From Camelus ferus (lineage: Eukaryota), in NCBI RefSeq assembly GCF_009834535.1, contig NC_045697.1:38814001-38878000 (forward strand): 64,000 bases of DNA. Direction: 5' to 3'. Of the stretch, positions 12,911 through 27,669 are shown piece by piece. Every line of letters begins with the position of its first letter. The stretch's first letter is position 1. Made by a program: the position numbers and the translations under genes. The notes under the pieces were generated by a model. It ran no database searches and had not been told where the DNA came from. It saw only the letters and a program-made list of their open reading frames with translations.

Positions 12911-15702
12911 ACAGCCTGCCCCACTTCACCCTCACACTCTTCTGCCTGTGCTGGATGCTGTGGGTGACAGAGAGGGGAGGTAAGGGAAATAATGAAGGGA
13001 AGGAGTGCAGCGCAGTGCTTGGCACGTTGTTAGTGCTCAATAAATATTACAGTGTTTAGTAAATAGTACCTAGTGGGCCTGTTACAGTCAGGGAAATAAA
13101 CATTTGTCTATCCTGTCTGTTCAGCTGTGTACATCATGTGCTGTGAGGAGTACAAAATAAAGCAATCTTTCCAAAGTGTTTACAGGCTTATGGAGGTAAT
13201 AATAATAATGACATAAGTAAAACAAAATCTGTAATCAGAGCCCAGATGAGTGATGTGGGCCTAAAGTCCATCCATAACCAGACCCTCTACATAAAATTCT
13301 CTCCCATTCTTGGATCACTCTGCAAAGTATTTTTGTCCTCAATTTACAGATGAGGAATCTGAGACTCTGCTTTGTCTGAGGGCATGTCGTGGGTGGGGCC
13401 AGCATTCAAAGCTCCATCGTTTGATCCAAAGCACATGAAATACTGCAGTGGCTAGACACTGGGTCAGTGGGAGAAAAGAATGGAGAGTGGGAGGGAAGAA
13501 GTACTGAAGTTACTCTCTAGGAGAAAGGAGCTGGGAAATATTTTGGGGACAGGGAGTCATACTGGAGTTGTACTCAGGAAGATCTGCTGCTAAGAAGGGA
13601 TTGGATGTGTGAAATCCTGCCCCCGCCCCCAAAGAAATGTGAGTGCTTGAACGCTGCTGTGCCCAAGTCATGGCTCCAGCCACATCCTGAGGATGTCAGT
13701 TTGAGCACACAGTTAGTAAAGGGAGCTTAATGCTACTGGAAAGAGCACTGAACTAAGAAGTAGGAGACTTGGGGTTTCATCATAGCTGCATGTCTGTTTC
13801 CTTCTAGTGAAATGAGGTGAGTAGACTAGGCACTCTCTATGGACACTTCTAGTACTGAGAGTCTGTATCTTAACACTGTTGCTTGATTTGATATAACAAG
13901 ATGCTGCCAAAGTGGGATTACTGTATATTCTTGAATATAAGGAAATTTGAAAAAATCCTAGCCGATTTGAATAGATAAACTTTTAGGGACAAAGGTAGAA
14001 TAGATAAATGTTCATTTAGAATTGTGCTAATTTAGTTATGCCTGTAAAATTAAAAATTCAGAATATGGGGATTTTACCCAACTTTTCTAACAAATAAAAG
14101 GTGCTGTAAAAACATCTTTTATTTGTTAGAATAACAAACAAAACAACATATATGGAGAGAGGATCAGGGCTAGTGTTGAAGAGCAGTAGAGAAAAGACGA
14201 TGCGTGGCCCTTGTGTGAGGCCTAATTCAAACAAACCAACTGTAAAAACACACTTTTGAGACAATTAAGGAAGCTTAAATATTTGTCAGGTATTAGATGG
14301 TATTAAAGAATAACTGTAAATTTTGTTCAGTATAATAATGACATTCTTCATTTCATTTTCCTTTCCCTTCTCCCTCCACTATTTTTCTACCTCTTTCCTC
14401 AAATTTTTCATCTTTAAACAGATAATGTACAGAGAGCTTAAGTGTTGCCCAAGATCAGAAATTAGAGCCAGGGTTTGGTTCCAGGCACTGATGCCAGAGC
14501 CAGTGGTCTTATCCATTAGACAGCACTGTTGTATTCCCCAAACCTGTTGGCTTCAAAAAATGGCAGTGCTTGTTCCACCACAAAGGTTGTGGGCCTGGGA
14601 CCTGAAATTTTTCAGATTCCCCAGATATTGTAAGGTGCAGACAAGTTTGGGAACCAGCGTAATACTGCTCCCTTGGGACATTAGCTAACAATGGCCACCT
14701 GGGAGCTATTCCATCCTGCCAACTGATGAGATAACATCAAACATGGTTCTAAGATAAAGCGTGAAAGCCCTACCTGTGGGAGAAATTATAGCATGAAAGG
14801 GCAATAGGAAAATTCATATTAACCAGCGTTTGTAGAAGTTATTTTAGGATGGACTCAGTGTCCTATAGACTCTCTGGCCTGTGTTTATAACGCTGGAAAC
14901 CAAGCTTGGTGATACATCAAAGTCCACAGAACAAGTGCTGTGTCTTTCACGGGTGACAGCAGGACTGGGCGCAAGGGAGCTTTTGTAGACAACTTTCCCC
15001 TTTTCCTTAGATCTGAGTCAGTTTAGCCTTAAAAAGTAGAGTAGTAGAAAATACCTGCATTCAAAAATACCATTTGCTTTTTCTTTTTTTTTTTAAGGGC
15101 ATAGCCTACCTTTTAGTAGGCTGTCAACTCTTTGAAAAAAGAAACTGTATCTTACTAATTTTTGTGCGCTCAACACTGGCGCCATGCTGCGTGTAACGGA
15201 GACCCAGTCAATTAGGTGATTGCTGTTTCTCTACAGTGCGCCTCCATCGATGCGCTTAAGTTGTGACTAATGATTCTGACTCCACTCACCTACTGTCTGC
15301 ATATACTACATACAGTGTTTTACATGCATGTCGCTAACCTTTACACACACCTACCCACTATCCTCCTGTCTGAGAAGGGGAAACTGAGTCTCAGAGAACT
15401 TAAATAATTAACCCAAGATTGGACAGCTGAGTAACACAACTGGGATTTGAGCCATGTCTGTCTGATGCCTGACCACACCCACCTTCCTTCACCCCAAACA
15501 CTCCAGAAGGCAGAAAATATTTCAGAAGTCCCAGGTGTGATTTACAATTTGCAAGAAGAAACTGTCTGAAACGATCTGTCATAATGAGGCTTACTATATA
15601 TAATAGGCCTTTTGATAATTTGGCCTGTTTGATCTCCTCTATTTTCCCACATTAAAATAAAACTTTTTTTTTTTTGACTGTCAATCGTCCCTCTATAAAG
15701 TT

Positions 15703-15703
15703 T

Positions 15704-15746
<43 letters not shown>

Positions 15747-15750
15747 TTAT
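15703..15750. repeat. (TTTA)n microsatellite, tail of a very short antisense L1 end
   Basis: Pure TTTA run followed by ttgatttataatcattttacaatattgtgtcaaattccagtg. Confidence 0.9.
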
Positions 15751-16705
15751 TGATTTATAATCATTTTACAATATTGTGTCAAATTCCAGTGTTCAGCAAA
15801 AAAAAAAAAAACACTTTTAAACGTGATTTTTAACTTACTTAACCATTTCATGTATTTTGGATATTTCAGGTGTATCCAATTTTCTACTATAAAAGATATT
15901 GCCATGAACATTTTTGTGTGTAAATCTTGGCCCACACTTGGAATTATTTCTTCAAGGTACATTTTTAGAAATAGAACTGGATTTAAGGAACAGAAGCATT
16001 ACTGACTTACTACCAAATTATTTTTCATGAAGTATACTAATTTAAATGTCCACCAGCAGCATGCGAGTACTCATCTCATGTCACCCTTCCAGCATTATTA
16101 GCCTTTGTAAAAACTTTGTGCTAATTTGATAGTTTTAAAAAATCTCATTTTTATTTGCATTATTTTGATTACAAATTTTAACTTTTTCTTATGTTTATTA
16201 GCCCGTTATATGTCTTCATATATGAATTCAGTTCTTCTTCTTTGTCCATTTAACTTTTGACACCTACCTAAGTGTTTTTCTTATTTGTCTATACTTTTGT
16301 ACTCTTCAAATATTAAGACTTTTAAACCTTTATCATTTTGTTACCAAATATTTCACCAAATTTTGATTTCCTCTCTAATTTTTTTTGACAGTTTTAGGTT
16401 CTAAATATTTTAAACTGTATTTTTCCTCTACATCTTTTGTCACCTGTAATGCAGATTAAAATCCAGTGATTAAGTAGGTATTGTTTTAGTTTTGCTCTAA
16501 TTCAACTTTTTTTAAAAAAAAAAGTTTAACTCCTCAACTTATCTGTGGTTTACTTTGGTACGTGGTGTGACATATTTAATTTGGCCTTGCCCCTCTAAAT
16601 AGTTATTTTTCCCAGCTCCTTTCTTTACTGATTTGTGATGGCTATCTTTATCATATCTTTGATTCTTATTGAATCTAATTTTTGTGTTTACTTCTCTTTT
16701 TGCAG

Positions 16706-16736
16706 ATCCTGTTCCCTGTGACTTTATAAGGAAACG
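16706..16736 (+). CDS. THEGL: THEGL coding exon 2 (31 bp)
   Basis: ttctctttttgcag acceptor, (D)PVPCDFIRK(R), donor CG|gtaaga; phase 1 to 2 joins exons 1 and 3 in frame. Confidence 0.88.
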
Positions 16737-19660
16737 GTAAGAACACAGATACAGTGCTGTTCTCCCAGACTTAACGAAGGGCCAGCTTAGCTGGATGGCA
16801 CGCTCAGTCTGTGCCATCCGAAGTGAAAGCCTGTCCTGGGGGTTTGAGAAGATTCCGTGCTTCCCCCTTGTCGTGAGGCCCTTTTCTAATGACAGCTCCT
16901 GTGGGAAGAGGAAAGAAGAGAGCTAAAGTGATTAAGGTGGAGATGTAGGAGAACTCTCCTTACAGTCATTCAGTGCTTACTTGTTTGCTCAGTACTGTGT
17001 GTGGCACATAACAGAGCTGAACCTTTAAGGGACTTGGGATTCTGCATGGACAATCTCATGTCTTAGATTTTGTGAAGCTCCAGGTTAATGTGTCCCAACC
17101 TTCTCTTGCCTCTAATTCAAGTGCAGTAGCTAATGAAATTTCAAGAACGCGCCCTCTATGAAAAAAAAAAAAGTGTGTGTGTGTGTGTACATACAGTGTA
17201 CAAACTAGATGCCTCCTGAAAATAGATGCATACTCTTGGTTTGGCTGAGATGTAGTTAGAAGAGGTAACAGAACAGAATCATTAAAGAGAAAATACCAAG
17301 GGTTCATATATAGATGAATTTGAGAAAATAATATCAGATTTTATTTTTATCCACTCTTTTAATAAGTGGATTAAAACCATTCATATTAATTGTTATTATT
17401 TAACATTTACATTTATTGTTATTATTTAGACTTATTTTGCATTTTCAATTTACTGTAGTTCCAGGTTTTTTCCCCTCACATCTTCTAGGCAGCAAATACT
17501 ACTACCTTATGTTTATGTGATGCTTTGCAGTTTAAAAAATTTTTTCTTCTCCTGAGAATCCTGAGAAGTCGATAGGGTGGGTATAATAAAACAGATTTTA
17601 CTGAGAGAAAATGAAATTCAGAGAAAGGATGTCACTTTCCCAAGGTTGTATGATGGCCGAGTAGGAGATCAGATAGAACTAACATTCACAGAGTTTTACT
17701 AAATGTTCACTTAAAATACCAAATTACTTCAAATAAACCTATGCCAAGTAAGTATCTGCTGTGGCTAAATAGGGAATGAAATCGTTTACACCTGGTAAGT
17801 TTTTAGACTTAAGGAGACTGTGAAGAAAGTGTTTTTAAAAGTTTTTGTCCTTGCAGTTGTTATTACTGCTTCTTGCTTTTGTTTGAATGGCTAACTTGGT
17901 TTGACTCTATGGGGAAATTGTTCTCTCTCTGTTATCCATCCCCGTTCCAGTCCTCTAAAATAATCTTGTTAAGCAAATGTGCTGTGCCTGATTGTTATGA
18001 AAGAAAATATTTTCTGAATATAAGCAAAATAGTTAAATGTAAAAGAGCAATTTGACTGAAAGAATTTTTTGAATTACTTCATCAATCCAGACCTGAAATC
18101 ATTTCTGTAATTGTTGCTAAATAAACATACACATACTGCTCTGCAGCCAAGGTAAGGATTTCCAAAACTTGCTCAGCTCTTAGCAAACTGTAGAAGACTA
18201 ATTATCAATGAAGACATGGAACAACAAGGTAATTTAAAAAAAAACCCAAAAAACACACCTGCCTTCAAGAGTTAAAATCCTTCAACCACATTCTTTTGTT
18301 TCTGCACAGGCTCATGACTAGACATTGTGAGGTAATGTAATACACGAGCAAGAAGGGAAGCCTGTGTTAAGATGAAGAGATGTAGCTATGGTGACATAAC
18401 GCACAATAAGTGAATGAAAAGCAGAGGTATTGGTCAGCTCTCCACACAGAATTAGCAAATGTTAATAAGATCATTTCCAGTTGAAGTAACAACCCAATTT
18501 AAGTATCTACAGGAATAAACTAGGAAACTGTGGATAGTCTTGTATAAAATGATACATTAAAGGAACACTGTTTAGCTGGTGAAGAAAAGGTGGAGGGAAA
18601 ATCTTGGCTTGGAGGTGATGAAGGAAGCCAGAAGCTAACTTGCTTGAAAAGATTGATACACAATAAGATACTCTGTCTGCTGATGGCTTGCTTTCTCCCC
18701 CACCTAGCCACCCTCCCTGGAAAGTTGGTGCAGGCTTTCTCAGCAGGGCTCATGCAGTACCTCCAGGGCAAAATCATTCTTTTGTTGAGTAAGGATGTGG
18801 ATTTTTTTGTTCTGGTACAGACAGTACCTTCATTGCTTCTAGGTAGTAACAGACATGGCTTGGGAGTTGCATTGTATCCATTTACATAGCAGATTGCAAA
18901 CATTTCACCACCGAAGAATCTTTTGGTTATCACAAACCACCACCACATTCTCACGTTTAGAAAGATTTGTTGTTGTCATTGTTCACAAAACAAATCATAT
19001 TTGTTATTTTTTTTTAAATTAAGGACATGTTTTAGTATTAATCCGTCAGCATGAAGTAACATATGGAGATGATATAATTCTGAAACAAATCTGTTATTTT
19101 GGGTGTCATCTGCAACCTGATTGTGGGTGGGGTAGGATTCCGTTTGCCTTTGGAAATGTTCTAAAGTTTGGAGACTCCCATCATTGTCTTCATAGATCCC
19201 CTAAGGATTTGGGAGCTTTAGACTGGGAACCCTTGAATTAAGCAGCAGATAAAATGCAGATAGGTTTGTTGCAGTAGGAAACGGGATAGTTAGAAGAATC
19301 CAGAATATGAGACACTGAGGGAAAAGGGTCAGGAGGTGGGATACTTCTCTTCCTACCTTCGAACCTGTATTTTATTTAGGAGCCTCTTTGAGCGATAACA
19401 CAGTTCAAGCCGTCTGAAATGTATTGCCTTACCCAGCTTACTGATAGTTCCATGAATCCACCTTATGCGATGCTTAAACTAAGTTTATATTTTAAACAAT
19501 TAAATATCAATTCAGTTGAACTCAACGTTTACTGAGCACATACTACTTTGGTGTTTTGTTTTGTTTTCTCCTTCAGATGGGATTTGTTTTGGTAGGAGCC
19601 ATCTAATGTAATCATACTTGTTAGTCATTCTCTTTGAATTAATCAGCTGGTATTTATTAG

Positions 19661-19726
19661 TTTTTTTTCTAGGAAGAGAATTCAAGATCTTTCTAGGCCT
19701 AAGAAACAATGGGGAGCCCCAGACAG
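19661..19726 (+). CDS. THEGL: THEGL coding exon 3
   Basis: [22 protein letters not shown], donor AG|gtaagg; acceptor could instead give a start at 19673 (in frame). Confidence 0.88.
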
Positions 19727-19898
19727 GTAAGGCAATTTTATATAGTCTTGGTAATGATGTATTCCTTACAATAAATAGGTAAGTGTTATTCTTACCTGCC
19801 CACTAATGCTGCATCCCAGCACCTCTCTACTCCACTGGATCCATTGAACCAATATTGTCACTTCAGTTGAGTCAACACAAGGGAAGCAAACCCTAGGT

Positions 19899-20075
19899 CA
19901 GTGGTTCTCAAATTTGTCTGCACACTGGAATCACCTGGAAAATTTAAACATTGACTGATGTTTTGGTCCCAAGCCCAGAAATCCTTAATTGGTCTAGGGT
20001 GCAGCCTAGGCTTCAGGAGTGTTGAAAGGTCCCCAGTTGATTCTAATAGGCAGACAGGTTTGAGACACACTGTCC
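19899..20075. mobile_element. MER5-like hAT-Charlie element
   Basis: cagtggttctcaaa...gaatcacctgg...tttgagacacactg terminal inverted structure. Confidence 0.75.
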
Positions 20076-20290
20076 CAGGGTGTTACTCCACACTCTTTTG
20101 AAAGACTTGTGTCCATCCTCCGAGTTCAGCTTGTCTGCTTCTAACATCTGGTCCTGCTGTCCCTAATCCTCTGCCTAGAGCACACCTGTTTTCTAGATCT
20201 CCAGACCCGCTGTCTTTTCACCCTTGGTCTCAGGATTCCTCCTTTCCTTTTTCTTCCTTTTCTTTTTCGGCTCCTGAGTAGGTGCTTTTT

Positions 20291-20449
20291 TATTTTTTTA
20301 ATTATAGATTTTGTTTGTTTATTTTTTTTGGTGGGGAGGAGATAATCATGCTTAATTATTTATTTATAGAGGAGGAAGTACTGGGGATTGAACCCAGGAC
20401 CTCGTGCATGCTAAGCATACACTCTACCGTTTGAGCTATACCCTTCCTC
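20291..20449 (-). mobile_element. tRNA-derived SINE (camelid vic-1-like)
   Basis: Reverse complement gggtatagctcaaacggtagagtgtatgcttagcatgcacgaggtcctgggttcaatccccagtac has Pol III A/B boxes, then an A-rich tail. Confidence 0.88.
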
Positions 20450-22330
20450 TGTGCATTTCTTTTTAGCATTGAGTGATATTCCATAGTCTGGCTGTACCGT
20501 GGTTTATCTATTCACCTAGTGAAGGACATGTTGGTTGCTTCCAATTTTTGGCAATTATGAATAAAGCTGCTATAAATATTCATATGCAGGTTTTTGTGTA
20601 GATAGAAGTTTTCAACTCATTTGGGTAGGTACCTGGGAGTGCAATTACTGGATCACATGGTAAGAATATGTTTAGCTTTGTGAGAAACTGCAAAACTGTC
20701 TTCCAAAGTGTGTTCCATTCCCACCAGCAATGAATGAGAGTTCCTGTTGCTCCACATCCTCACCAGCACTTGGTGTTGTCAGTGTTTTGTATTTTAGCCA
20801 TTCTAATAGATATATAGTGGTTCATTGTTTTAATTTGCAGTTCCCTAATGACATGATGTAGAGCATATTTCACACGCTTATTTGCCATCTGTATATTGTC
20901 TTTTGTAAAGTGTCTATTCAGATCTTTTGCCCACTTTTTATTTGGGTTATTTGTTTTCTTATTGTTGAACTTGAAGAGTTCTTTGTATATTTGGAATAAC
21001 AATACACTATCAGATGCTATAGACTGAATGCTGTCTCCCCCCAAAATTCATATGTTGAAATCCTAACTCCCAATGTGATGGGATTTGTGATGGAGGTGGA
21101 GCCTCTGGGAGGCCATAAGGGTGAGGCCACCTTGAATGGGATTAGTGCCCTTATAAAAGAGACCCCAGAGAGCTCCCTTGTCCCTTCCACTATGTGAGGA
21201 CACAGAAAGAAGATTCCCCTCTCTGAAGCAGGAAGTAGGCCTTTACCAGATGCTGAATCTGCTGGTAGCTTGATCTTGGACTTTTCAAACTTCAGAACTA
21301 CCAGATATTAATTTCTGTTGTTTATAAGCCACCCCATCTATGGTGTTGTTATAGCAGCCCAAATGGACTAAGATACCAAATATATATTTTGCAAATATCT
21401 TCTCCCAGTCTGTGGCTTATCTCTTCATTCTTGTAGTTGTGTCTTTTGTTGAGCAAAAGTTTTTAATTTTAATGAAGTCCAGCTTATTAGTTTTTTCTTT
21501 CATGGGTCATACTTTTGGTGTCATTTACACATGCATCATTAAATCCAAGGTCACTTAGATTTTTTTCTTATATTATCTTCTGTAAGTTTTATAGTTTTGC
21601 ATTTTAACATTTAAATCTATGATACATCTCAAGTTAATTTTTGTGAAAGGTGTAAAGCCTGTGTCTAGATTCTTTTCCTTCTTTTTGCATGTGAATGTCC
21701 AGTTTTTCCTGCACCATTTGTTGAAAAGGCTCTTCTTTCTCTATTGGATTGCCTTCACTCCTTTGTCAAAGATCAATTAACTATGTTTGTGTGGGTCTAT
21801 TTCTAGGATCTATATTCTTTCCCTTTGATCTATTTGTCTGTTATTTCACCAACACCACATTGTCTTGACTACTGTAGCTTTATCCTAAGTCTTGAAATCT
21901 GGTAGTGTCAGTCCTCTAATTTTCTTCCCTTCCTTCAGTATTGTGTTGGCTGTTCTAGGTGTTTTGCCTGCCCATATAAACCTTAGAGTTAGTTTTTTAA
22001 TATTCCAAAGTAACTTGTTAGGATTTTGATTGGGATTGCATCAGGTCTATAGGTCAAGTTGGGATGAACTGACATCTTGACATTATTGAGTTTTCCTATC
22101 CATGAACATGAAATGTCTCTCCATTTATTTAGTACTTTTATTTCTTTCATTGGAATTTTATTGTTCTCTTTATATAAATCTTGTCCATATGTTGTTAGAT
22201 TTATATCTGTGTATTTTGTGGTGCTAATGTTAATAGTGTTATATTTTTAATTTCAAATTCAAAATGTTAATGCTAGTATATAAGAAATCAGTATACTTTT
22301 GTTTATTAATGTCATCTCTCACAACTATAA
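20450..22330 (-). mobile_element. Antisense L1 ORF2 fragment, interrupted by an MLT1 LTR
   Basis: Continuous reverse-strand L1 motifs (cccaccagcaatgaatgagagttcctgttgctccacatcct, gcaccatttgttgaaaag). Confidence 0.88.
21015..21374 (+). mobile_element. MLT1A/B-like MaLR solo LTR
   Basis: tgctatagactgaatg...caaaattcatatgttgaaatcctaac...gttatagcagcccaaatggactaaga. Confidence 0.85.
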
Positions 22331-22752
22331 TCTAAAAAGAATTTTTAAAAGTCTTGGTTTTAAACATTAAAAATGTAATATGCTTTAAATTCTTTTTTTC
22401 ATTGATGGATTCATACACATATACATTGATGAGAGGTATACATCGATGAAATGTCTTATGAATATTGCCAAAACTGTCAATAATCTTAGAACACTCCCTT
22501 CCACCCCATCCCTCTTTGAAACCAGTAGGAAAATTAAGGGAATGATTTTATTAATAGGTTCATTTTTGGTTACCACCTTTTAAGACAGTTGATAAAAGTC
22601 TTATTTTATTCTTATTTTAATTTCCAGAAGTAGTATGTCTACTTCTGATGCCTGATAATTGTAAAATTCTGTAATAGAGATAGTTCTTGAAATGAAGTAA
22701 AATCAGTAGAAAAATCGTCAAGAGCTATTTCTAAGATGTCCACCAGCAGTGA

Positions 22753-22935
<183 letters not shown>

Positions 22936-24276
22936 TAGGTTGTGTGTTATCATGAACACAGAATTTATTGAGGATTAGGGATTGTATATCTGTTTCCAGT
23001 CTGATGCTATAGGAAAACTTTTCCAGAGCAACATCTGTTGTTTAGCTCTTGCACACTTACATTACATCTTACAGTGTTTTGGTTTATCAGGATTTTGATT
23101 TTTTAAATACAATTAGGGTATTATGCAAGGATATGTACCATATACCACTGTTGTGGATGAACTTATCTGTGCATGAAACGATGCATTTTGTTTACCACCC
23201 TTGGCTTAATTACCATGAGTTAATTAGGGCATCTGAAGGGAAAAATGTTGTTAAGGCTTTTGATGCCCACTGTCAATTTGTTTTTAGTGCATATTTGTTG
23301 AATGACTGGGCTTTCTGCTGGTTGGCTCTTTGAGGAAAGAGTGTAGAGGGAGGATGGGGGAAGGGTACAGACAGTGAAGGACATTAAAGTAAGGAAAAAA
23401 TTGAAGATACTATTATTTATCTGAAGTTTGGTTTCCAAGATAATTGAGGTGGCCATGTCTCTACCTCTTTCTGTATACAACTTTAGTCAGAAGTCTGCAA
23501 ACTTTTCCTGGAAGGGGCCAGGTATAAAGTTGGCCACAAAGTCTCTATTCCAACTACGCAATGCTGGGAAAGCAGCCATAGACTTTTGTAAACTGAGTGT
23601 GCCTTTGTTCCAATAACATTTAAAAATTTTTGTATCTATGTTCATGAGGGATATTGGTCTGTAGTTGTCTTGTAATGTCTTTGTTTCTTGTGGTGTCATT
23701 GTTTGTTTATGGTAATGCTGTCCTCATACAATCAATTGGAAAATGTATAGAATTGGTATTTATTACTTCTTTGTGGGCTCCAATTACACACTTATTAGGC
23801 TGCTCGAAGTTGTCCTACAGTTCATTGAATCTGTTCTCTTTCTTTCTCTTTCTGTTTTATTTCTCTCCATGTTTTCACAAACCTTTTTCTCTCTAGTGTA
23901 TAATGTACTTACTGTTAATCCTATACAGGGTTTGGTTTTTTTTTTTCATACAACATAGTTTTTATCTCTAGAAGTTCAATTTGGGTATTTTTATATCTTA
24001 TCTCTATTTAGTGTGCTCCATCTTTTAATGTCCTTGCCTACTAATTCTGTAATATGTCATTTCTGGGTCTATTTCTAGGGATTGATTTTTCTCATGATCA
24101 GTCATAATTTACTGCTTCTTTGTATACCTGATGATTTTTTATTAGGTACCAGACACTATAAATTTTACTTTGCTAGCTCCTGCATATTTTTCTACTCCTG
24201 TAATATTCTTGAGCTTTGTAACTTTGTCATCATTCCATTATTTATAAGTGCTTTGATCCTTTCAGGCTTTCTTTAA

Positions 24277-25137
24277 AAAAAAAAAAAAGCTTTACTGAGA
24301 TATACCATACAATTCACTCATTTAAAGTCTACAGTAAAGTGTTTTGTAGCGTATTCACAGGGTGTGTAACCATCACCAAAATTTAATCTTAGAACTTTTT
24401 GGTCTTCCCTAAAAGAAACACTGAACCCATTAGCAGTCAATCCCTACTTCCTTTTAACTTCTTTCCCAAGCCCTAAGCAGCCATTAATCTACTTCCTGCC
24501 TCTAGAAATTTGCCTATTCTGGACATTTCATTTCAGTGGAATTATACAATATGTTGTCCTTTGCAATTGGCTTCTTTTACTTGGCAAAATGTTTTTTCAA
24601 AGTTTATGTATGTGGTATGACATATTAGTACTTCATTCCTTTTTATGGCTGGATTTATTTCTGCTGTATAGATTTGTCACACTTTATTTATCCATTCATC
24701 AGTTACTGGACATTTGGATTATTTCTGCTATTTTGGTAACTGATAATGCTGCTATGAACATTTTTGTACAGGTTTTTGTGTAGAGGTATGTTTTCATTTC
24801 TTTTGGGTATATAGCAAGAATGGAATTATTGGTTCATATGGTAATCGTATGTTTAACTTTTTTGGGAACTGCCAGACTGTTTTCTAAAGTGACTGTGCCA
24901 TTTTACAATCCCACTAGCAGTGTGTAGGGTTCCAATATCTTTGCCACATCCTTGCCAACACTTGTTATTGCCTCTCTTTTTGATAGTCATCCTAGTGCCG
25001 GTGAAGTAGTACTCATTGTATTTTTCATTTGCACTTTCTTAATGACTTTTGATGTTGAGCATCTTTTCATGTACTTATCGGCCACTTGTATAGCTTCTTT
25101 GGGGAAATGTCTATTCAAATCTTTTGCCCATTTTTGA
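24277..25137 (-). mobile_element. Antisense L1 3' end (L1MB-like)
   Basis: Motifs gtgtaaccatcacca, ttgcctattctggacatttca, gatgttgagcatcttttcatgt. Confidence 0.85.
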
Positions 25138-25727
25138 AGATTTCTTCTAAGTTGAAAAAAAGATGGTACTGAAACTTAATTTAGTCTGTGGGAAAACCTA
25201 GTTCCTAATGTTTCCATTTTGTCTGAAAGTGGAAGTCTCTACCAAGTGTTTAAATTCACCAAAGTAATTTATTTCTTAAAAGAGTATTATATTTCATTAC
25301 CTTTGGAAATGCTTGTGCTGTAATACTTAGTGGAAAAACTTAAATATAAAACTGTATTTATGATATGTTTATTTAAAGAATGCTTATTTCTCAAACACAC
25401 CAAGACCTTTCCCATCTCAAGACCTTATGCATAAAATTCTCCCTCTGTCTACAGAGCCTACAGTGATGAAGTCTTTTTGGTCCTTTAAGTCTCAGCATAG
25501 GTGTCAGTTCTAGAGAGACTTTCCCTGACTACTGTCCTCCACATAACTTTCCACCCCCTCACAAACCTACTCTGAAAGCCTCCACCTCTGGTGCATAGTC
25601 AGTGCCTTCATAGCACATATCACAACTATTTACCTGGTCTATATAGAAAATGAACTTTATTTGTTACAGGAAATTTTATGTTTTGAAATAAGATATTAGA
25701 AGCCAGCTGAAAACTTGATAGTTATAA

Positions 25728-26030
<303 letters not shown>

Positions 26031-27669
26031 TAAAGTACCTTGAGAATCTCCATAAATTCTCCTGTAATTTGGTGAAATGTCACAATATTGTTATTATTTT
26101 AGTGTATGCATTTTCATAAAATAGAAGTCCACTTGTTTTTCAAAGGATCAAGGGGAAAAATCAAGTATTTGCAGCAATTGTAGGTAATCAGAAGATCATC
26201 ATCAATAATTACATTTGACTCAAATTGTAGTGAAGCTAAAATTCACACTAAACTTACCATTATCAGCCAATTAAAAATATGCAAATGAAGCATTGCAGGT
26301 TTTTGCAGTTCACAGAACTTGATGTTGTCTTATGCCTCTGTGACTTTGCAAATGCTCTTCCTTTTGCTTTAAATGTTGAATTTCTCCTTGTCTTTAAAAA
26401 ATAGCTTAAGTGATACCTTTCACATGGGAGCTAAGATTGTGATGAAGTTGTTGGAAAAATGTTAGGTTGCATTATTGGAATATGTACAGTATACAATTAC
26501 AGGAATGTGACAGTACCACTGTACTCTACATTAATCAGAACACATTAGGTGTATGTGTCCACTTACAGGTGTTGTACCCTAAGAAACTGTTGATAAATTT
26601 GACACTATTCAGAAGGTGATGAATGAGTTGTTGAGTCTTCTGGAAACTATGTTATATGAAAAATAGTTAAGAGAAAGAATGTGTTTAGCTTAGAGAAGAC
26701 ACCAAGGAAGCAGTGATAGCTGTGACCAAATGTTTAAAGGCTTAGCATCTGAAAGAAGGAGAAGTGAGAGTAAAATTACTGAATCTTGATCCTAGAACTA
26801 GAAGTAGAACAAGGAATTTATAGAGCAGCTGATGTCAGCTAAGTGTAGAAAAATCTTTCTGATAGCTGTTCAGTAATGAAAATGTTTATCTGGAAAAGTC
26901 AACTGCAGTCTCCAACAAATCCATAAAAATATTCAAGCACAAACTGGAATGATGACTTTACATGAATTTTAGAAAAGATTCCAGCATTCAGAGAAAGGTT
27001 GAACTGGACAGCTTGAGTGTTTTTCCATCATAGAATCCAGCAAAAGAGGCCCAATTCCTCCACAGAATTTTTTCATTTGCTTATTTATCATTCAACAAAA
27101 TCTGCTAATTTAGTTAAAATATGCATGTAAATTTGGTAGTTATAGATCTAGATCTATAAACTAAAATAATACTTTATTTAACTGTCACCACTTTTTGAAA
27201 CAGCTAAGTTTGATTTTTCATATAAGTGAAACCCCCTTGAATGCTAAAACTTTTTGTATGTTTGAAAGTTCATTTCCCTGCTTTCCTAAGCAGATTCTTC
27301 TGATACTGAACATACATGTAACCTTTTTCATTAGCTTGAGATCTTTATGATGAACATGAGCTATCACGTAATACTTTAATTTAGAAAACCTCTCAGAAAA
27401 TGTTTAATTATGAAGCACATTTCTTAGGTTAAGTGGCCTGGCCTCTTTAAATTACGATATTCACATATCATAGTTTTCCTGTCATTTGTCTTTTTATTGG
27501 GGGAATAGTCTCTAAGCAGTCTCTTTTCTGATCTTCTGTGTGCTGGAAATAGATAACCAAGCTCATTAGAATTTTGTGAGGGGAAAATGCAGGTCTTAGT
27601 GAAGACAGTGCTCTCCATTAAGTATATTACATGAACTTGGACTTTGTGACATATATTTTAGCTGATTCA

